From Dehalococcoidia bacterium (GTDB lineage Bacteria; Chloroflexota; Dehalococcoidia; Plut-88900), in contig OZ240215.1 of NCBI GenBank assembly GCA_965197585.1, positions 672,001 through 736,000 on the forward strand: a DNA stretch of 64,000 nucleotides. The letters are read 5' to 3'. A program made the translations under genes and the position numbers. This document shows positions 38,328 through 49,930 of this stretch, piece after piece (the first letter of the stretch is position 1; each line of letters starts with the position of its first letter). A model generated the notes under the pieces. That model saw only the letters and a list, made by a program, of their open reading frames with translations. It was not told the DNA's origin and did not search any database.

Positions 38328-38603
38328 CTAGCCGCCTGCGACGGCAGGGACGATGCTGACCTCGTCGCCGCTGTTGACGGCGGTGGTGATGCCGTCCTTG
38401 AAGCGAATGTCCTCGCCGTTGACGTAGACGTTGACGAATCGGTGGAGTTCCCCGCTGTCGGCGACGAGTCGGGCCTTGATCCCCGGGTGAAGTGCGTCGA
38501 GCGAGTCTATACACTCCATGATGTTCGTCCCTTCAACGGTGGCACTGCTCTCTCCGTTGGTCATACGGCGAAGGGGCGTAGGGATCTTAAGGCTGACGCT
38601 CAT
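38328..38603 (-). CDS. MoaD/ThiS-family ubiquitin-like sulfur carrier (CysO-like)
   Basis: IPTPLR, RFVNVYVNGEDIRF, C-terminal PAVAGG. Confidence 0.92.
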   Translation of the reverse strand: MSVSLKIPTPLRRMTNGESSATVEGTNIMECIDSLDALHPGIKARLVADSGELHRFVNVYVNGEDIRFKDGITTAVNSGDEVSIVPAVAGG

Positions 38604-38661
38604 TTAAGGGACCTCCTAAGTACTATTCCGCGAATCTAATGTCGTCAGGATAGGGGCTAAA

Positions 38662-38904
38662 TTAACCTTCTACAATATCGCCGACGATGGGGTCGACTCG
38701 GACGCCTGTCTCGGAAACCCAGGCGAGGCCGCGATTAATCTGCTCTTCCTCGCCCTCGAGTTCGAGGATAACCCAACCCTGGGTCTCGGTGACGTCAGCG
38801 CGGCGGATGTTGGTAATGACGTCGAAATTCTTGCCAAGGCCGTATATTACGGGCTCGGTGACGAGGTCCGTGGGGAAGGTGAACTTGGCTTTCATCTTTA
38901 CCAT
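38662..38904 (-). CDS. NIL-domain protein
   Basis: FTFP..VTEPVIY.LG..FDVITNIRRADV...GWVILELEG. Confidence 0.85.
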   Translation of the reverse strand: MVKMKAKFTFPTDLVTEPVIYGLGKNFDVITNIRRADVTETQGWVILELEGEEEQINRGLAWVSETGVRVDPIVGDIVEG

Positions 38905-38925
38905 GTCGAGTCCTCTTGGGGTCGG

Positions 38926-40176
<1,251 letters not shown>

Positions 40177-40272
40177 GTTGGGCTGCCGTTTTCCGGGCCG
40201 GTGGCTGATGGGCGTAGGTAGGAGGGAACGCTTTCCAAGCGGGCTTTGATATATAGGTGAAATCCGTGCTAG

Positions 40273-40301
40273 ATGCTAGCAAGGGGTAGGTGGTATGTCA
40301 A
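40273..40301 (-). promoter_or_regulatory. thrC operon promoter
   Basis: Minus strand TTGACA-17 nt-TAGCAT. Confidence 0.6.
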
Positions 40302-40303
40302 GG

Positions 40304-40341
40304 AAAAAGACTCACGGGCAGGTACTGAGCCTGCCCGTGAG
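40304..40341 (-). terminator. Terminator after hsp20
   Basis: CTCACGGGCAGG..CCTGCCCGTGAG hairpin followed by TCTTTTT on the minus strand. Confidence 0.8.
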
Positions 40342-40367
40342 CATGAGGGACGAGATCGGTCTGGGGG

Positions 40368-40823
40368 CTAGCCGGTCTTGATCTCGATGGTCTTGGCCTT
40401 GGGCTTGACCTCGACGGTACGAGGGACGGTGAGGGTGAGTACGCCGTTTTCGAAACGGGCCTCGATATTGTCCTCTTCGAGCCCCTGGGGCAGGGTCAGG
40501 CTCCTGTGGAATGCGCCGGAGCGCCGCTCCCGGATGACGTACCTTTCGTTCTCGGACTCCTCGGTGGAATGGGCCTCGCCTTCGATGGTGAGGCGGTTGT
40601 CTTCTACCGAGACGTTGACGTTGTCGGGTTTGACACCGGGGAGGGAGGCCTGGATGACCACCTGCTTGTCATCGGCGGTAACGTCGATGGGCATAGGGTT
40701 GGCCTGATGGGTCGGGGCGGAGTACCTGTGGATTCCGAAGAACCGGTCATCGAAGAATCGGTCCATAAACCTCTTCATGCCGTTCATTCCTGCGAGCGGA
40801 TCCCGTCGTACTATAGCGTTCAT
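40368..40823 (-). CDS. Hsp20/alpha-crystallin small heat shock protein
   Basis: ASLPGV, ERRSGAFHRSLTLP, ARFENGVLTLTVP; AGGAGG RBS. Confidence 0.95.
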   Translation of the reverse strand: MNAIVRRDPLAGMNGMKRFMDRFFDDRFFGIHRYSAPTHQANPMPIDVTADDKQVVIQASLPGVKPDNVNVSVEDNRLTIEGEAHSTEESENERYVIRERRSGAFHRSLTLPQGLEEDNIEARFENGVLTLTVPRTVEVKPKAKTIEIKTG

Positions 40824-40896
40824 GCTTGGTCCTCCTTTTGGGTGCTACTTAGCTTTTCCTGGCTGGTGGGGGGCCACGGGCCCCCCACCGCATTTC

Positions 40897-41028
40897 CTAA
40901 AAGAATCTGATCCCGATCCCGGTGGTCTGAGCAACGGCTCCCAGAATGCCGAAGAGTGTGGAGAGAGATCCTCGGGTCCCGGGGGACTGCGCTGTGACCT
41001 GATTGCGTCCGGCTCTCTTGATGACCAT
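40897..41028 (-). CDS. Candidate 43-aa small protein upstream of hsp20
   Basis: Strong AGGAAGGAGG RBS before the ATG, directly downstream of the hsp20-side promoter. Confidence 0.5.
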   Translation of the reverse strand: MVIKRAGRNQVTAQSPGTRGSLSTLFGILGAVAQTTGIGIRFF

Positions 41029-41053
41029 TTGAAACCTCCTTCCTACAATGACG

Positions 41054-41157
41054 TTATCAACTATAGTGATATCATAGACATTAACTAAGGTGTTGTCAAG
41101 GGTGTTTACTAAATAGTTGATAAAGACGTTGACAGGTAAAGTGACAGGACTTAACAT
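41054..41157. promoter_or_regulatory. Divergent heat-shock promoters with candidate operator repeats
   Basis: Minus TTGACA(41094-41099)-17-TATGAT(41071-41076); plus TTGACA(41129-41134)-17-TAACAT(41152-41157); inverted repeat TTATCAACTAT/ATAGTTGATAA. Confidence 0.7.
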
Positions 41158-41191
41158 ATAGTTGCACTGGAAAAGGCAAGGAACACACCAG

Positions 41192-42115
41192 ATGGCGAAA
41201 CGGAGTTATTACGATGTCCTAGGCATCAAGAAGGATGCCTCGCAAGAGGAGCTTCGGCGCGCTTTCAGGAAACTGGCCCGGAACTACCACCCGGACGTGA
41301 ACCCTGGCATGGCGGATGCGGCGGAGAAGTTCAAGGAAGTGAACGAGGCGTACCAGACGCTTTCGGACCCGGAGACGCGCCTAGACTATGATGAAGGAGG
41401 ACGGCGGCCCAAAGGTGGGGGTTGGGGTAATGGAGATGGGGTAACCCGGACGTGGTCTTTCTCTAAAGGCGGCGGCGGGCCATCGGCTTTCGGGTTCGGG
41501 GGGGAGCCGCTGGACGAGATACTCCAGAGTTTCATGGGACGCAGAGGCAGAGGACCTGCTGGAGGGGCTCCTTTCACTCGGTCACATGTTGCTCCCAGAG
41601 AACACAAGTTGGACGTGACCCTTGAGGAGGCTTACCGGGGAACTACCAGGCTTGTTGAGATGTCAGGGGCCGATGGCAGGAAACATAGGCTGGAGGTAAA
41701 GGTGCCGCCGGGGGTGTGGACCGGTTTTCGGATGTCGGTGGACCCGGACAAGGGGCGTCCCGGGGCGGGGGGTGGAGAGATTATTTTTTCGATCAACGTA
41801 TTACCGCACGACCGGTTCAATAGAGTCGGGAACGATGTTCACGTCGAGACGCCGGTCTCTCTATACGACGCGATGCTGGGCGGGGAGATCCCTGTGCAGA
41901 CCTTGAAAGGCTCGGTTGCTCTGAAACTTCCCAAAGGGACACAGAACGGACAGAGTTTCCGGTTGAAAGGCAGGGGAATGCCCATTTATGGGCAGTCGGG
42001 AGAGGGAGATGCGTACGCGACAGTGAAGGTTACGCTGCCGACGGAGTTGTCGGAGGCAGAGTCGAAACTAGTAGAGCAATTGAAAGAACTAGCAGGCGGG
42101 AAGGGGGCAGCGTGA
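41192..42115 (+). CDS. DnaJ-class chaperone (CbpA-like, no Zn finger)
   Basis: J domain with HPD, G/F-rich region, DnaJ C-terminal domain. Confidence 0.93.
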   Translation: MAKRSYYDVLGIKKDASQEELRRAFRKLARNYHPDVNPGMADAAEKFKEVNEAYQTLSDPETRLDYDEGGRRPKGGGWGNGDGVTRTWSFSKGGGGPSAFGFGGEPLDEILQSFMGRRGRGPAGGAPFTRSHVAPREHKLDVTLEEAYRGTTRLVEMSGADGRKHRLEVKVPPGVWTGFRMSVDPDKGRPGAGGGEIIFSINVLPHDRFNRVGNDVHVETPVSLYDAMLGGEIPVQTLKGSVALKLPKGTQNGQSFRLKGRGMPIYGQSGEGDAYATVKVTLPTELSEAESKLVEQLKELAGGKGAA

Positions 42116-42489
42116 ACCTCCATGACGAATCGGAGCCGCGCTACGTGATAAGCATCGCGGCGCGGATGGTGGGCGTACACGTGCAGACGTTGCGCTACTA
42201 CGAAAGAGCCGGACTTATCAAGCCGTCCAGGTCGGGGGGGAACATGCGGTTTTACTCGGCTAAGGACGTGGCACACCTTCAGAGAATAAGGTCGCTGATC
42301 GAAGACCTGGGGGTGAACCTGGCGGGAGTCGATGTGATTATGAGGATGTCCAGGCGAATGCTGGACATGCAGAATGAGCTGAATGCGGTAAAGGAAGAAC
42401 TGAACCGGCTGATGACCGGATCTCGGGGCCCGGGCGACCGCTCGGCAAGAAAAACAGACGGTCGGGATTCAGGGGGTGAAGAATGGTAA
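42112..42489 (+). CDS. hspR: HspR-like MerR-family heat shock repressor
   Basis: [30 protein letters not shown]; lies between dnaJ and clp. Confidence 0.88.
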   Translation: MNLHDESEPRYVISIAARMVGVHVQTLRYYERAGLIKPSRSGGNMRFYSAKDVAHLQRIRSLIEDLGVNLAGVDVIMRMSRRMLDMQNELNAVKEELNRLMTGSRGPGDRSARKTDGRDSGGEEW

Positions 42490-44930
42490 TGAGACCGGAC
42501 CAATGCACAGAACAGGCCCAAGAGGTCTTGAGGGCTTCCGAGGCGCTTGTACGCGATATGCAGCACAACCAGTTGGATGTCGAACACCTGGTTCTGGCGA
42601 TGCTGGACCAGCACGACGGGTTAGTTCCCAAAATAATGGAGAAACTGGGCACCGACACAACTGAACTGATCAGCAAATTCCGGCAGGCTCTGACGAAGAC
42701 ACCAACGGTAGTCTACCCGAGTCAGACCATCTATATAACGCCGAGAATATCGATGCTGCGGGATAGGGCGGTGTCAGAGATGAAGCGATTAAGGGACGAG
42801 CTTGTTGGAGTAGACCACTTGCTGGTAGCGGCCGTCGAGGAAAGGGATGGAGACTCACCGGTAATCTTCAAGGAGTTCGGAATAGAAAAGGAGAAGGTGT
42901 ACCAGGCGCTGCAGGAGATCAGGGGCACACACAGGGTGACCGATCCCAGGGCGGAAAGTAGGTACCAATCTCTGCAGAAATACAGCACCGACCTGACGGA
43001 ACAGGCGGAACGGGGGAAACTGGACCCGGTGATCGGGCGGGACATGGAGATAAGGCGGGTTATTCAGATCCTGACCCGTAGGACCAAGAACAACCCGGTG
43101 ATCATAGGTGAGGCCGGTGTGGGGAAGACGGCCATAGCCGAGGGGCTGGCCCAGAGAATTATCGCGGGCGACGTACCGGACTCGGTTAAGGGACGGAAGG
43201 TGATATCCCTGGACATGGGGTCGATGGTGGCGGGGAGCAAGTTCAGGGGCGAATTCGAAGAGCGGCTGAAGGCGGTAATGGACGAAATCCGTAGGGCAGG
43301 GGGGGAGATCATCCTGTTCATAGACGAGATACACCAGGTTGTCGGGGCAGGGGCGGCGGAGGGGGCGATAGACGCGAGCACGATGCTCAAGCCGGCGCTG
43401 GCAAGGGGTGAATTGCAGTGTGTCGGGGCTACGACCCTGGATGAGTACAGGAAGTACATAGAGAAGAACGCCGCCCTGGAGCGTCGGTTCCAGCCGGTGT
43501 ACGTGGAAGAACCTTCGGTGGAGGACGCAATAGAGATCCTTCGGGGACTGAGGCCGAGGTACGAGGCACATCACAAAATCACCATCGCGGATTCGGCCCT
43601 TTCCGCTGCGGCGAAATTGAGCCAAAGGTACGTTTCCGACCGTTTCCTGCCGGACAAGGCCATCGACCTGATCGACGAAGCGTCGAGCAAACTTAGGATA
43701 GAACTGGAAGGCGCGCCGCCCGAACTAAAGGAAATGGAGAAGGAGGTGCAATACTTGGCCGACCAGGAAGACAGCGCCTCCCAGAGGGACGACTTCCAAA
43801 GGGCTGCGGAGTTGAGGGCAGAACGTCTCGCCCTGCAGGAGAAAAATGAGAAGGCGAGAGATGCATGGCTTAAGCGCGAAAAGTTGGACGGGACCGTGGA
43901 TGAGGAGGACATTGCGGAAACCGTGGCGCTGATGACAGGAATACCTGTGACCCGCATGTTGGAAGGTGAGACCGAGCGGCTGCTCAACCTGGAGAAGAGC
44001 CTCGGGGAGAGAGTGATAGGACAGAAGGAGGGGATCGCCGCTGTCTCTGAGGCGATACGCAGGGCGCGAGCTGGGCTTAAGGACCCGAAACGGCCCATAG
44101 GGAGCTTCATATTCCTCGGGCCCACGGGGGTGGGTAAAACGGAACTGGCCCGTGCTCTGACGGAATACCTGTTCGATGATGAGGATGCGATGGTGCGGAT
44201 CGACATGTCGGAGTACATGGACAAGCACACCGTGTCTCGGATGGTCGGAGCGCCTCCTGGCTACATCGGCTTCGACGAGGGAGGACAGCTGACGGAGGCC
44301 GTGCGGAGACGGCCCTACCGGGTGCTGCTATTCGACGAGATCGAGAAGGCCCACCCGGACGTGTTCAACGTGCTTCTGCAACTGCTTGAGGACGGTCGTC
44401 TGACCGACGGACAGGGCCGAACGGTGAATTTCGCCAACACGGTGGTAATAATGACCAGCAACCTGGGGACGTCCCATGTGCAGGAGGACCCGGTAGGGTT
44501 CCTAAAGACCAACACGAACGGGATGGACAACCATGAGATCAAACGGAACGTGGAACGGGCCTTGCGCCAGGAGTTCAGACCGGAGTTCCTGAACCGGATC
44601 GACGAGATTGTGATCTTCAAATCGTTGGGTCGGGAAGAGATAGTGCAGATAGTTGACCTGCTGGTGGAGGAAGTCCAGGAGCGGTTGTCGGACCGAGGGA
44701 TCAGCATAGAGCTGACTGAGAGGGCCAAGGAGTGGATTGCTGAGAAGGGGTTCGACCCGGCATTTGGGGCGCGGCCGCTGCGCAGAACCGTTCAGCGCTA
44801 CGTGGAGACTCCCCTGGCCCGCAAGGTGCTGGCAGGCGAGATCGGAGATGGAGGACGACTCACCGTCGATGCAGTCGAAGGCGAACTCATATTCGACATT
44901 GCCTCCGTACAGGCGGCGATGCCGGTCTAA
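42483..44930 (+). CDS. ATP-dependent Clp chaperone (ClpB/ClpC family)
   Basis: Clp N domain, two AAA+ modules ([16 protein letters not shown]), short middle domain. Confidence 0.95.
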   Translation: MVMRPDQCTEQAQEVLRASEALVRDMQHNQLDVEHLVLAMLDQHDGLVPKIMEKLGTDTTELISKFRQALTKTPTVVYPSQTIYITPRISMLRDRAVSEMKRLRDELVGVDHLLVAAVEERDGDSPVIFKEFGIEKEKVYQALQEIRGTHRVTDPRAESRYQSLQKYSTDLTEQAERGKLDPVIGRDMEIRRVIQILTRRTKNNPVIIGEAGVGKTAIAEGLAQRIIAGDVPDSVKGRKVISLDMGSMVAGSKFRGEFEERLKAVMDEIRRAGGEIILFIDEIHQVVGAGAAEGAIDASTMLKPALARGELQCVGATTLDEYRKYIEKNAALERRFQPVYVEEPSVEDAIEILRGLRPRYEAHHKITIADSALSAAAKLSQRYVSDRFLPDKAIDLIDEASSKLRIELEGAPPELKEMEKEVQYLADQEDSASQRDDFQRAAELRAERLALQEKNEKARDAWLKREKLDGTVDEEDIAETVALMTGIPVTRMLEGETERLLNLEKSLGERVIGQKEGIAAVSEAIRRARAGLKDPKRPIGSFIFLGPTGVGKTELARALTEYLFDDEDAMVRIDMSEYMDKHTVSRMVGAPPGYIGFDEGGQLTEAVRRRPYRVLLFDEIEKAHPDVFNVLLQLLEDGRLTDGQGRTVNFANTVVIMTSNLGTSHVQEDPVGFLKTNTNGMDNHEIKRNVERALRQEFRPEFLNRIDEIVIFKSLGREEIVQIVDLLVEEVQERLSDRGISIELTERAKEWIAEKGFDPAFGARPLRRTVQRYVETPLARKVLAGEIGDGGRLTVDAVEGELIFDIASVQAAMPV

Positions 44931-44952
44931 AACCACAGTTCCAGGAAGAGAG

Positions 44953-44993
44953 AAAGGGTCCGGCGGGCAATTCAACCGCCGGACCCTTTATTT
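44953..44993 (+). terminator. Rho-independent terminator
   Basis: AAAGGGTCCGGCGG..CCGCCGGACCCTTT followed by ATTT. Confidence 0.8.
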
Positions 44994-45065
44994 GTCTGTG
45001 ATATCATCGACGAGTTGCGCATTTTCCATAGTATCCCGGCCACAGGTATAGGAGAGCTTAAAGAG

Positions 45066-46208
45066 ATGACTTCCAGCCACGATCCGTCCCAAGTGTACCG
45101 TTCACTCGGGGTTAAGCCGATCATCAACGCCGCCGGTACAACGACCCTGTTTGGGGGGACCAAAACAAGGCCGGAGGCCCTGCAGATAATGGCCCAGGCA
45201 GCACGGGTCCTGGTGAACGTAGACGAGCTGAACATGCAGGCTGGGAAGGTGATAGCGGAGCTCACGGGGGCGGAGTCGGGACTGGTAACCAACGGCGCCG
45301 CGGCGGGGCTTGTGCTTCAAGCGGCTGCGTGCATCGCAGGGTCGGACATGAAGAAGATGGCACGTCTGCCGGATACCGAAGGAATGAAAAACGAATTCAT
45401 TATCCAGCGGTGTCACCGGTTTCCTTACGACCAGGCGTACAGGTTGGCGGGGGCGAAGATGGTAGAGATAGGGGACGGGCGGCGGTGTGCACCGTGGCAG
45501 CTGGAGGCGGCGTTTACGGAAAAGACGGCAGCGGTGTCCTACCTGCACGCCAACTTCGTGTCCAGACGGGCGATTCCGTTGGACCAGGTGTGCGAGATAG
45601 CCCACGCCCGGGGCGTGCCGGTGATAGTAGACGGGGCTTCGATGCTGCCGCCGCGGGAGAACTTGAGGAAGTTCATCGCCGAAGGCGCGGACATGGTGAT
45701 ATTCAGTGGTGGCAAGGGTGTGAAGGGGCCGCAGGGGTCGGGGATATTGTGTGGTCGAGCCGATCTCATCGAGGCGGCGTTTGCCAACGCGAGTCCGCAC
45801 CAGTTTATCGGCAGGTCTATGAAGGTGGCGAAGGAAGAAGTGATCGGGTTGCTGACAGCGCTACAAATATTCGTAGAAGAAGACGAAGAAGAGGAAAACG
45901 CCCGGTACACGGCCATGATGCAGCAGGTGGTCGACGCGCTGATCGAGGTCCCGGGGCTGAAGTTGCAACTGGAGCACGACGGCTACGACTACACCGTTCC
46001 ATCGGCACGGATAAACTTCACCAGAGACTGGATGGGGCCGACTCCGAGCGAAGTCTTCGCTGAAATGGCGTCGGGAGAGGAGCCGATATACCTGAGCGAC
46101 CTGGGCAACCCCGACGACCTGACGGTTATCCCCACCAACCTGGAAGACGAAGACGTGGAGAAGGTGATAGCACGGCTGAGGGAAGTGCTTCTCGGGGGGC
46201 GGGGATGA
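45066..46208 (+). CDS. SelA-like PLP-dependent enzyme (DgaE/SelA-related)
   Basis: IINAAGTTT, VIVDGAS, FSGGKGVKGPQ, GRSMKVAKEE. Confidence 0.85.
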   Translation: MTSSHDPSQVYRSLGVKPIINAAGTTTLFGGTKTRPEALQIMAQAARVLVNVDELNMQAGKVIAELTGAESGLVTNGAAAGLVLQAAACIAGSDMKKMARLPDTEGMKNEFIIQRCHRFPYDQAYRLAGAKMVEIGDGRRCAPWQLEAAFTEKTAAVSYLHANFVSRRAIPLDQVCEIAHARGVPVIVDGASMLPPRENLRKFIAEGADMVIFSGGKGVKGPQGSGILCGRADLIEAAFANASPHQFIGRSMKVAKEEVIGLLTALQIFVEEDEEEENARYTAMMQQVVDALIEVPGLKLQLEHDGYDYTVPSARINFTRDWMGPTPSEVFAEMASGEEPIYLSDLGNPDDLTVIPTNLEDEDVEKVIARLREVLLGGRG

Positions 46209-46317
46209 GCGGGGGCTATGCTATAATCGGGGATAGGCGGAGACCAGTTTCTACAGGCGCGATGCTTTTCCCCTGCTTTATAACCAGTCATGTAATCCGT
46301 TCCGAGGGAGTGCCGGG

Positions 46318-47259
46318 GTGAGAGATGAACTCAAAATCTTTACCGGCAATGCTCACCCGAAACTAGCCGAGGATATCTGCAGCTATCTTGGCTTGGGACT
46401 CGGGCAGATAGAAGTATTCGAGTTCAAGAACGAGAATATCTTCGTCCGTATTCAGGAGAACATCCGAGAGAGGGACGTCTTTCTGGTACAGCCCATAGTA
46501 TCGCCGGTCAACAACAACCTTATGGAGTTGCTGATCATGATAGATGCGGCGAAGCGGGCATCGGCGGGGCGGATCACCGCGGTGTTGCCCTATTACGGGT
46601 ACGGGCGAACGGACAAGAAGGACCAGCCTCGGGTGCCAATAACGGCGCGACTGGTGGCTGACCTGATAACGGTGGCAGGCGCCGACCGTGTGCTTACGGT
46701 GGACCTCCACGCCGGCCAGATACAGGGCTTCTTCAACATCCCGGTAGACGAACTCACCGCCCTCCCGATAATCACCGGCTATTTCGAAGAGAAGGCGCTG
46801 GACGACCTGGTGGTTGTGGCGACGGATGTGGGCATTGCGAAGAAGGCGCGGGACATGGCGGAACGGCTGAATGCGCCCCTGGCAATCATCGAGAAGCGGA
46901 GGGTCGGCAACGGAGACTCTGCACAGAGCCTGAACGTCATTGGGGACGTGAGGGGTAAAACTGCCATAACATTCGACGACGAAATAGATACCGGGGGCTC
47001 GCTGGTGGCGGCAATAGAGGCACTCAGGGAGAGAGGGGCTGAGGACATATATTCAAGCTGCACGCACCCGATCTTCTCGGGCAACGCGACGAACGTGCTG
47101 TCGGACACGATAGTCCAAGAAGTGGTAGTGACGGACACGGTGCCGCTGCCCGACCAGAAGAGGAACAGCAAGGTAACGAGCCTGTCCATGGCTCCGCTGT
47201 TGGGGGAAGCGATACGAAGGATCCACGGCGGGGAGTCGGTGGGGGCGTTGTTCGGATGA
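46318..47259 (+). CDS. prs: Ribose-phosphate pyrophosphokinase
   Basis: NNLMELLIMIDA, DKKDQPRVPI, DLHAGQIQGFF, DDEIDTGGS. Confidence 0.97.
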   Translation: MRDELKIFTGNAHPKLAEDICSYLGLGLGQIEVFEFKNENIFVRIQENIRERDVFLVQPIVSPVNNNLMELLIMIDAAKRASAGRITAVLPYYGYGRTDKKDQPRVPITARLVADLITVAGADRVLTVDLHAGQIQGFFNIPVDELTALPIITGYFEEKALDDLVVVATDVGIAKKARDMAERLNAPLAIIEKRRVGNGDSAQSLNVIGDVRGKTAITFDDEIDTGGSLVAAIEALRERGAEDIYSSCTHPIFSGNATNVLSDTIVQEVVVTDTVPLPDQKRNSKVTSLSMAPLLGEAIRRIHGGESVGALFG

Positions 47260-47269
47260 AGGGCGCCCG

Positions 47270-49924
47270 ATGCTTAATTGGCTATCAAAACTAGCAGGGA
47301 ACAGCAACGAAGCGGAACTCCAAAGATTCCAGCCGGTAGTGGACGCTATAAACGGGCTTGAGCCCGAGTTCGAGCGTCTGCAGGACCACCAACTAAAGGC
47401 CAAGACCGACGAGTTCAGGGCCCGCCTCGGAGAGGGGGAATCCCTGGACTTTTTGCTTCCCGAGGCCTTCGCGCTGGTGAGGGAGGCGGCCAAGAGGACG
47501 CTGGGCCAGCGCCATTTCGACGTACAGCTTATGGGCGGGATGACGCTGCACGCCGGAAAGATTGCCGAGATGAAGACCGGCGAAGGGAAGACTTTGGTCT
47601 CCACCCTCGCTGCGTATCTCAACGGGCTGCCGGGTGAGGGTGTACACCTAATTACGGTTAACGACTACCTGGCGCGTCGGGACTGCCAGTGGATGGGGCC
47701 TATCTTCCACTTTCTCGGACTGACGGTATCCTGCCTTCAACATGAAGCATCCTTCCAGTTCGCACCAGGGGCCGAGGACGGGCCTTTCGAGGACCTGATA
47801 CCCCTGACCCGCAGGGACGCCTACGCCACCGACATCACTTACGGCACCAACAACGAGTTCGGGTTCGACTACCTTCGGGACAACATGGCCGGCGACCTGT
47901 CACGTACGGTGCAGGGAGATCTGAACTACGCGATAGTCGACGAAGTAGACAATATCTTGGTAGACGAGGCTCGGACGCCCCTGATCATAAGCGGACAGGC
48001 AGAAGAGTCGACGAAGCTGTACTCGACCTTCGCGCAGCTGGCGGCTCGACTTACTCGGGACACCGACTATACGATTGACGAGCAGCACAAGTCGGTGGCT
48101 CTTAACGCCGTAGGCTATGCCAAGGTGGAGAAGAGCCTGAACATCGACAACCTGTTCGCTCCGGAGCACTACGCCCTGACCCACTACATGGACAATGCTC
48201 TGAAAGCGCACGTTTTCTTCGAAAGGGACAAGGATTACGTGGTGAAGGACGGGGAAGCGACGATAGTCGATGAGTTCACGGGAAGGCTGATGCCGGGGAG
48301 GCGTTACTCGGACGGGCTGCACCAAGCCATTGAGGCGAAGGAGAAGCTGGAGATCAGGCGTGAGAGTGTGACGCTGGCGACTATCACCCTTCAGAACTAC
48401 TTCCGTCTGTACGAAAAGCTATCCGGCATGACGGGCACGGCGGTCACCGAAGCGGAGGAGTTTGACAAGATATACAAGCTGGACGTGGTGATGATCCCCA
48501 CTCATCAGGAGATGGTCCGAGAGGACAATCCCGACCTGATATTCAGATCGGAGAAGGGGAAGTTCGATGCACTGGTATCGGACCTGAAAGAACTTAGCGA
48601 ATCGGGTAGGCCGGTGCTGGTAGGGACCACGTCTGTGGAGAAATCTGAGAGGCTTAGCGAAAAGCTTATGAGGACAGGGGTTCGTCATGAGGTCCTGAAT
48701 GCCAAACACCACGAGAGGGAAGCGGGAATAATATCGCAGGCGGGCCGAATTGGGGCAGTGACGGTGGCGACAAACATGGCGGGGCGGGGCACCGACATCA
48801 TCCTCGGAGGGAACCCTGAGGGACGGGACGAGAGAGAGTGGGAGGACGAGCATCGGAAAGTGGTGGAGATGGGAGGCCTGCACATCATAGGGACGGACAG
48901 GCACGAGTCCCGAAGGATAGACAATCAGTTAAGGGGCCGGGCGGGGAGGCAGGGCGACCCGGGGAGCAGCCGGTTCTACATCTCGGTGGAAGACGATCTG
49001 ATGCGCCGGTTCGGCGGGGACAAGATAAAGACCGTGATGGAATGGGCGCGGATGGATGAGTCGACGCCGATGGAGCATTCGTGGATATCAAAGTCGGTGG
49101 AGAATGCCCAGAAGAAGGTGGAGGGAATCAACTTCGACATACGTAAACGGCTGGTGGACTACGATGACGTGGCGAACAACCACAGAGACATGATCTACGG
49201 GCAGAGGCGGAAGGTGCTGGAAGGGTCTGACGTGGATGCCAGCATACATGGCCTGGTTGAGGCTGAGATCACTGAAACGGTACACCGCTACTTACGGGAC
49301 GAGCATGGAGACGCGTGGGACCTGGAAGGGCTGCTGACCGCAATGGAGAGACTGTTCCCCCTTCCCGCGGAAGCTGATGCCGAACACCTTGGTCAGTTGC
49401 ACCGGGACGAAGTCACAGCCTTCTTTATGGAGCATTTGGACAAGCGGTACCAGAACATAGCGGAAAAGTTAGGCGAGCAAGGGGCCCGGGCGGTGGAACG
49501 GCACGTGATGCTGAGGACAATCGATACGCACTGGATGGACCACCTGACGGCGATGGAGAACTCGAGGCAGAGCAGCGGGCTGGAGGCGTTTGGGCAGAGG
49601 GACCCGCTGGTGGCCTACAAACGCCGGAGCCACGAGATGTTCGAAGACCTGACGACCAGGATTCGCAGCGGAATAGTGCGGACACTGTTCCATCTTGATA
49701 TAAAGCATCGGGACGCATTACGGGCAGCCACCGCGGCGCCGAGTGCGGCGAACGGCAACGGCCGGGCGCAGCCCAACGGGGCGACAGCGCGTCAGCCGAC
49801 GGTGGGAGGCCGGGCCCCGGTCCGGTCCCGGGACAAGGCAAGGGCGGCGGTGGGGAAGGTCGGGCGGAATAATCCGTGTCCTTGCGGGAGCGGAAGGAAG
49901 TACAAGCGCTGCCACGGCAGCTAA
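47270..49924 (+). CDS. secA: Preprotein translocase subunit SecA
   Basis: MKTGEGKT, DEVD, TNMAGRGTDI, QLRGRAGRQGDPG, SEC-C motif CPCGSGRKYKRCHG. Confidence 0.98.
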   Translation: MLNWLSKLAGNSNEAELQRFQPVVDAINGLEPEFERLQDHQLKAKTDEFRARLGEGESLDFLLPEAFALVREAAKRTLGQRHFDVQLMGGMTLHAGKIAEMKTGEGKTLVSTLAAYLNGLPGEGVHLITVNDYLARRDCQWMGPIFHFLGLTVSCLQHEASFQFAPGAEDGPFEDLIPLTRRDAYATDITYGTNNEFGFDYLRDNMAGDLSRTVQGDLNYAIVDEVDNILVDEARTPLIISGQAEESTKLYSTFAQLAARLTRDTDYTIDEQHKSVALNAVGYAKVEKSLNIDNLFAPEHYALTHYMDNALKAHVFFERDKDYVVKDGEATIVDEFTGRLMPGRRYSDGLHQAIEAKEKLEIRRESVTLATITLQNYFRLYEKLSGMTGTAVTEAEEFDKIYKLDVVMIPTHQEMVREDNPDLIFRSEKGKFDALVSDLKELSESGRPVLVGTTSVEKSERLSEKLMRTGVRHEVLNAKHHEREAGIISQAGRIGAVTVATNMAGRGTDIILGGNPEGRDEREWEDEHRKVVEMGGLHIIGTDRHESRRIDNQLRGRAGRQGDPGSSRFYISVEDDLMRRFGGDKIKTVMEWARMDESTPMEHSWISKSVENAQKKVEGINFDIRKRLVDYDDVANNHRDMIYGQRRKVLEGSDVDASIHGLVEAEITETVHRYLRDEHGDAWDLEGLLTAMERLFPLPAEADAEHLGQLHRDEVTAFFMEHLDKRYQNIAEKLGEQGARAVERHVMLRTIDTHWMDHLTAMENSRQSSGLEAFGQRDPLVAYKRRSHEMFEDLTTRIRSGIVRTLFHLDIKHRDALRAATAAPSAANGNGRAQPNGATARQPTVGGRAPVRSRDKARAAVGKVGRNNPCPCGSGRKYKRCHGS

Positions 49925-49930
49925 TTCGAT

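Noticed and set aside
40177-40272. SAM riboswitch upstream of thrC-NIL-moaD
   Set aside because: No SAM-I core motifs or terminator recognised in the ~95-nt leader
45066-46208. True selenocysteine synthase selA
   Set aside because: Shorter than SelA, lacks its N-terminal domain, and no selB/selC/selD nearby
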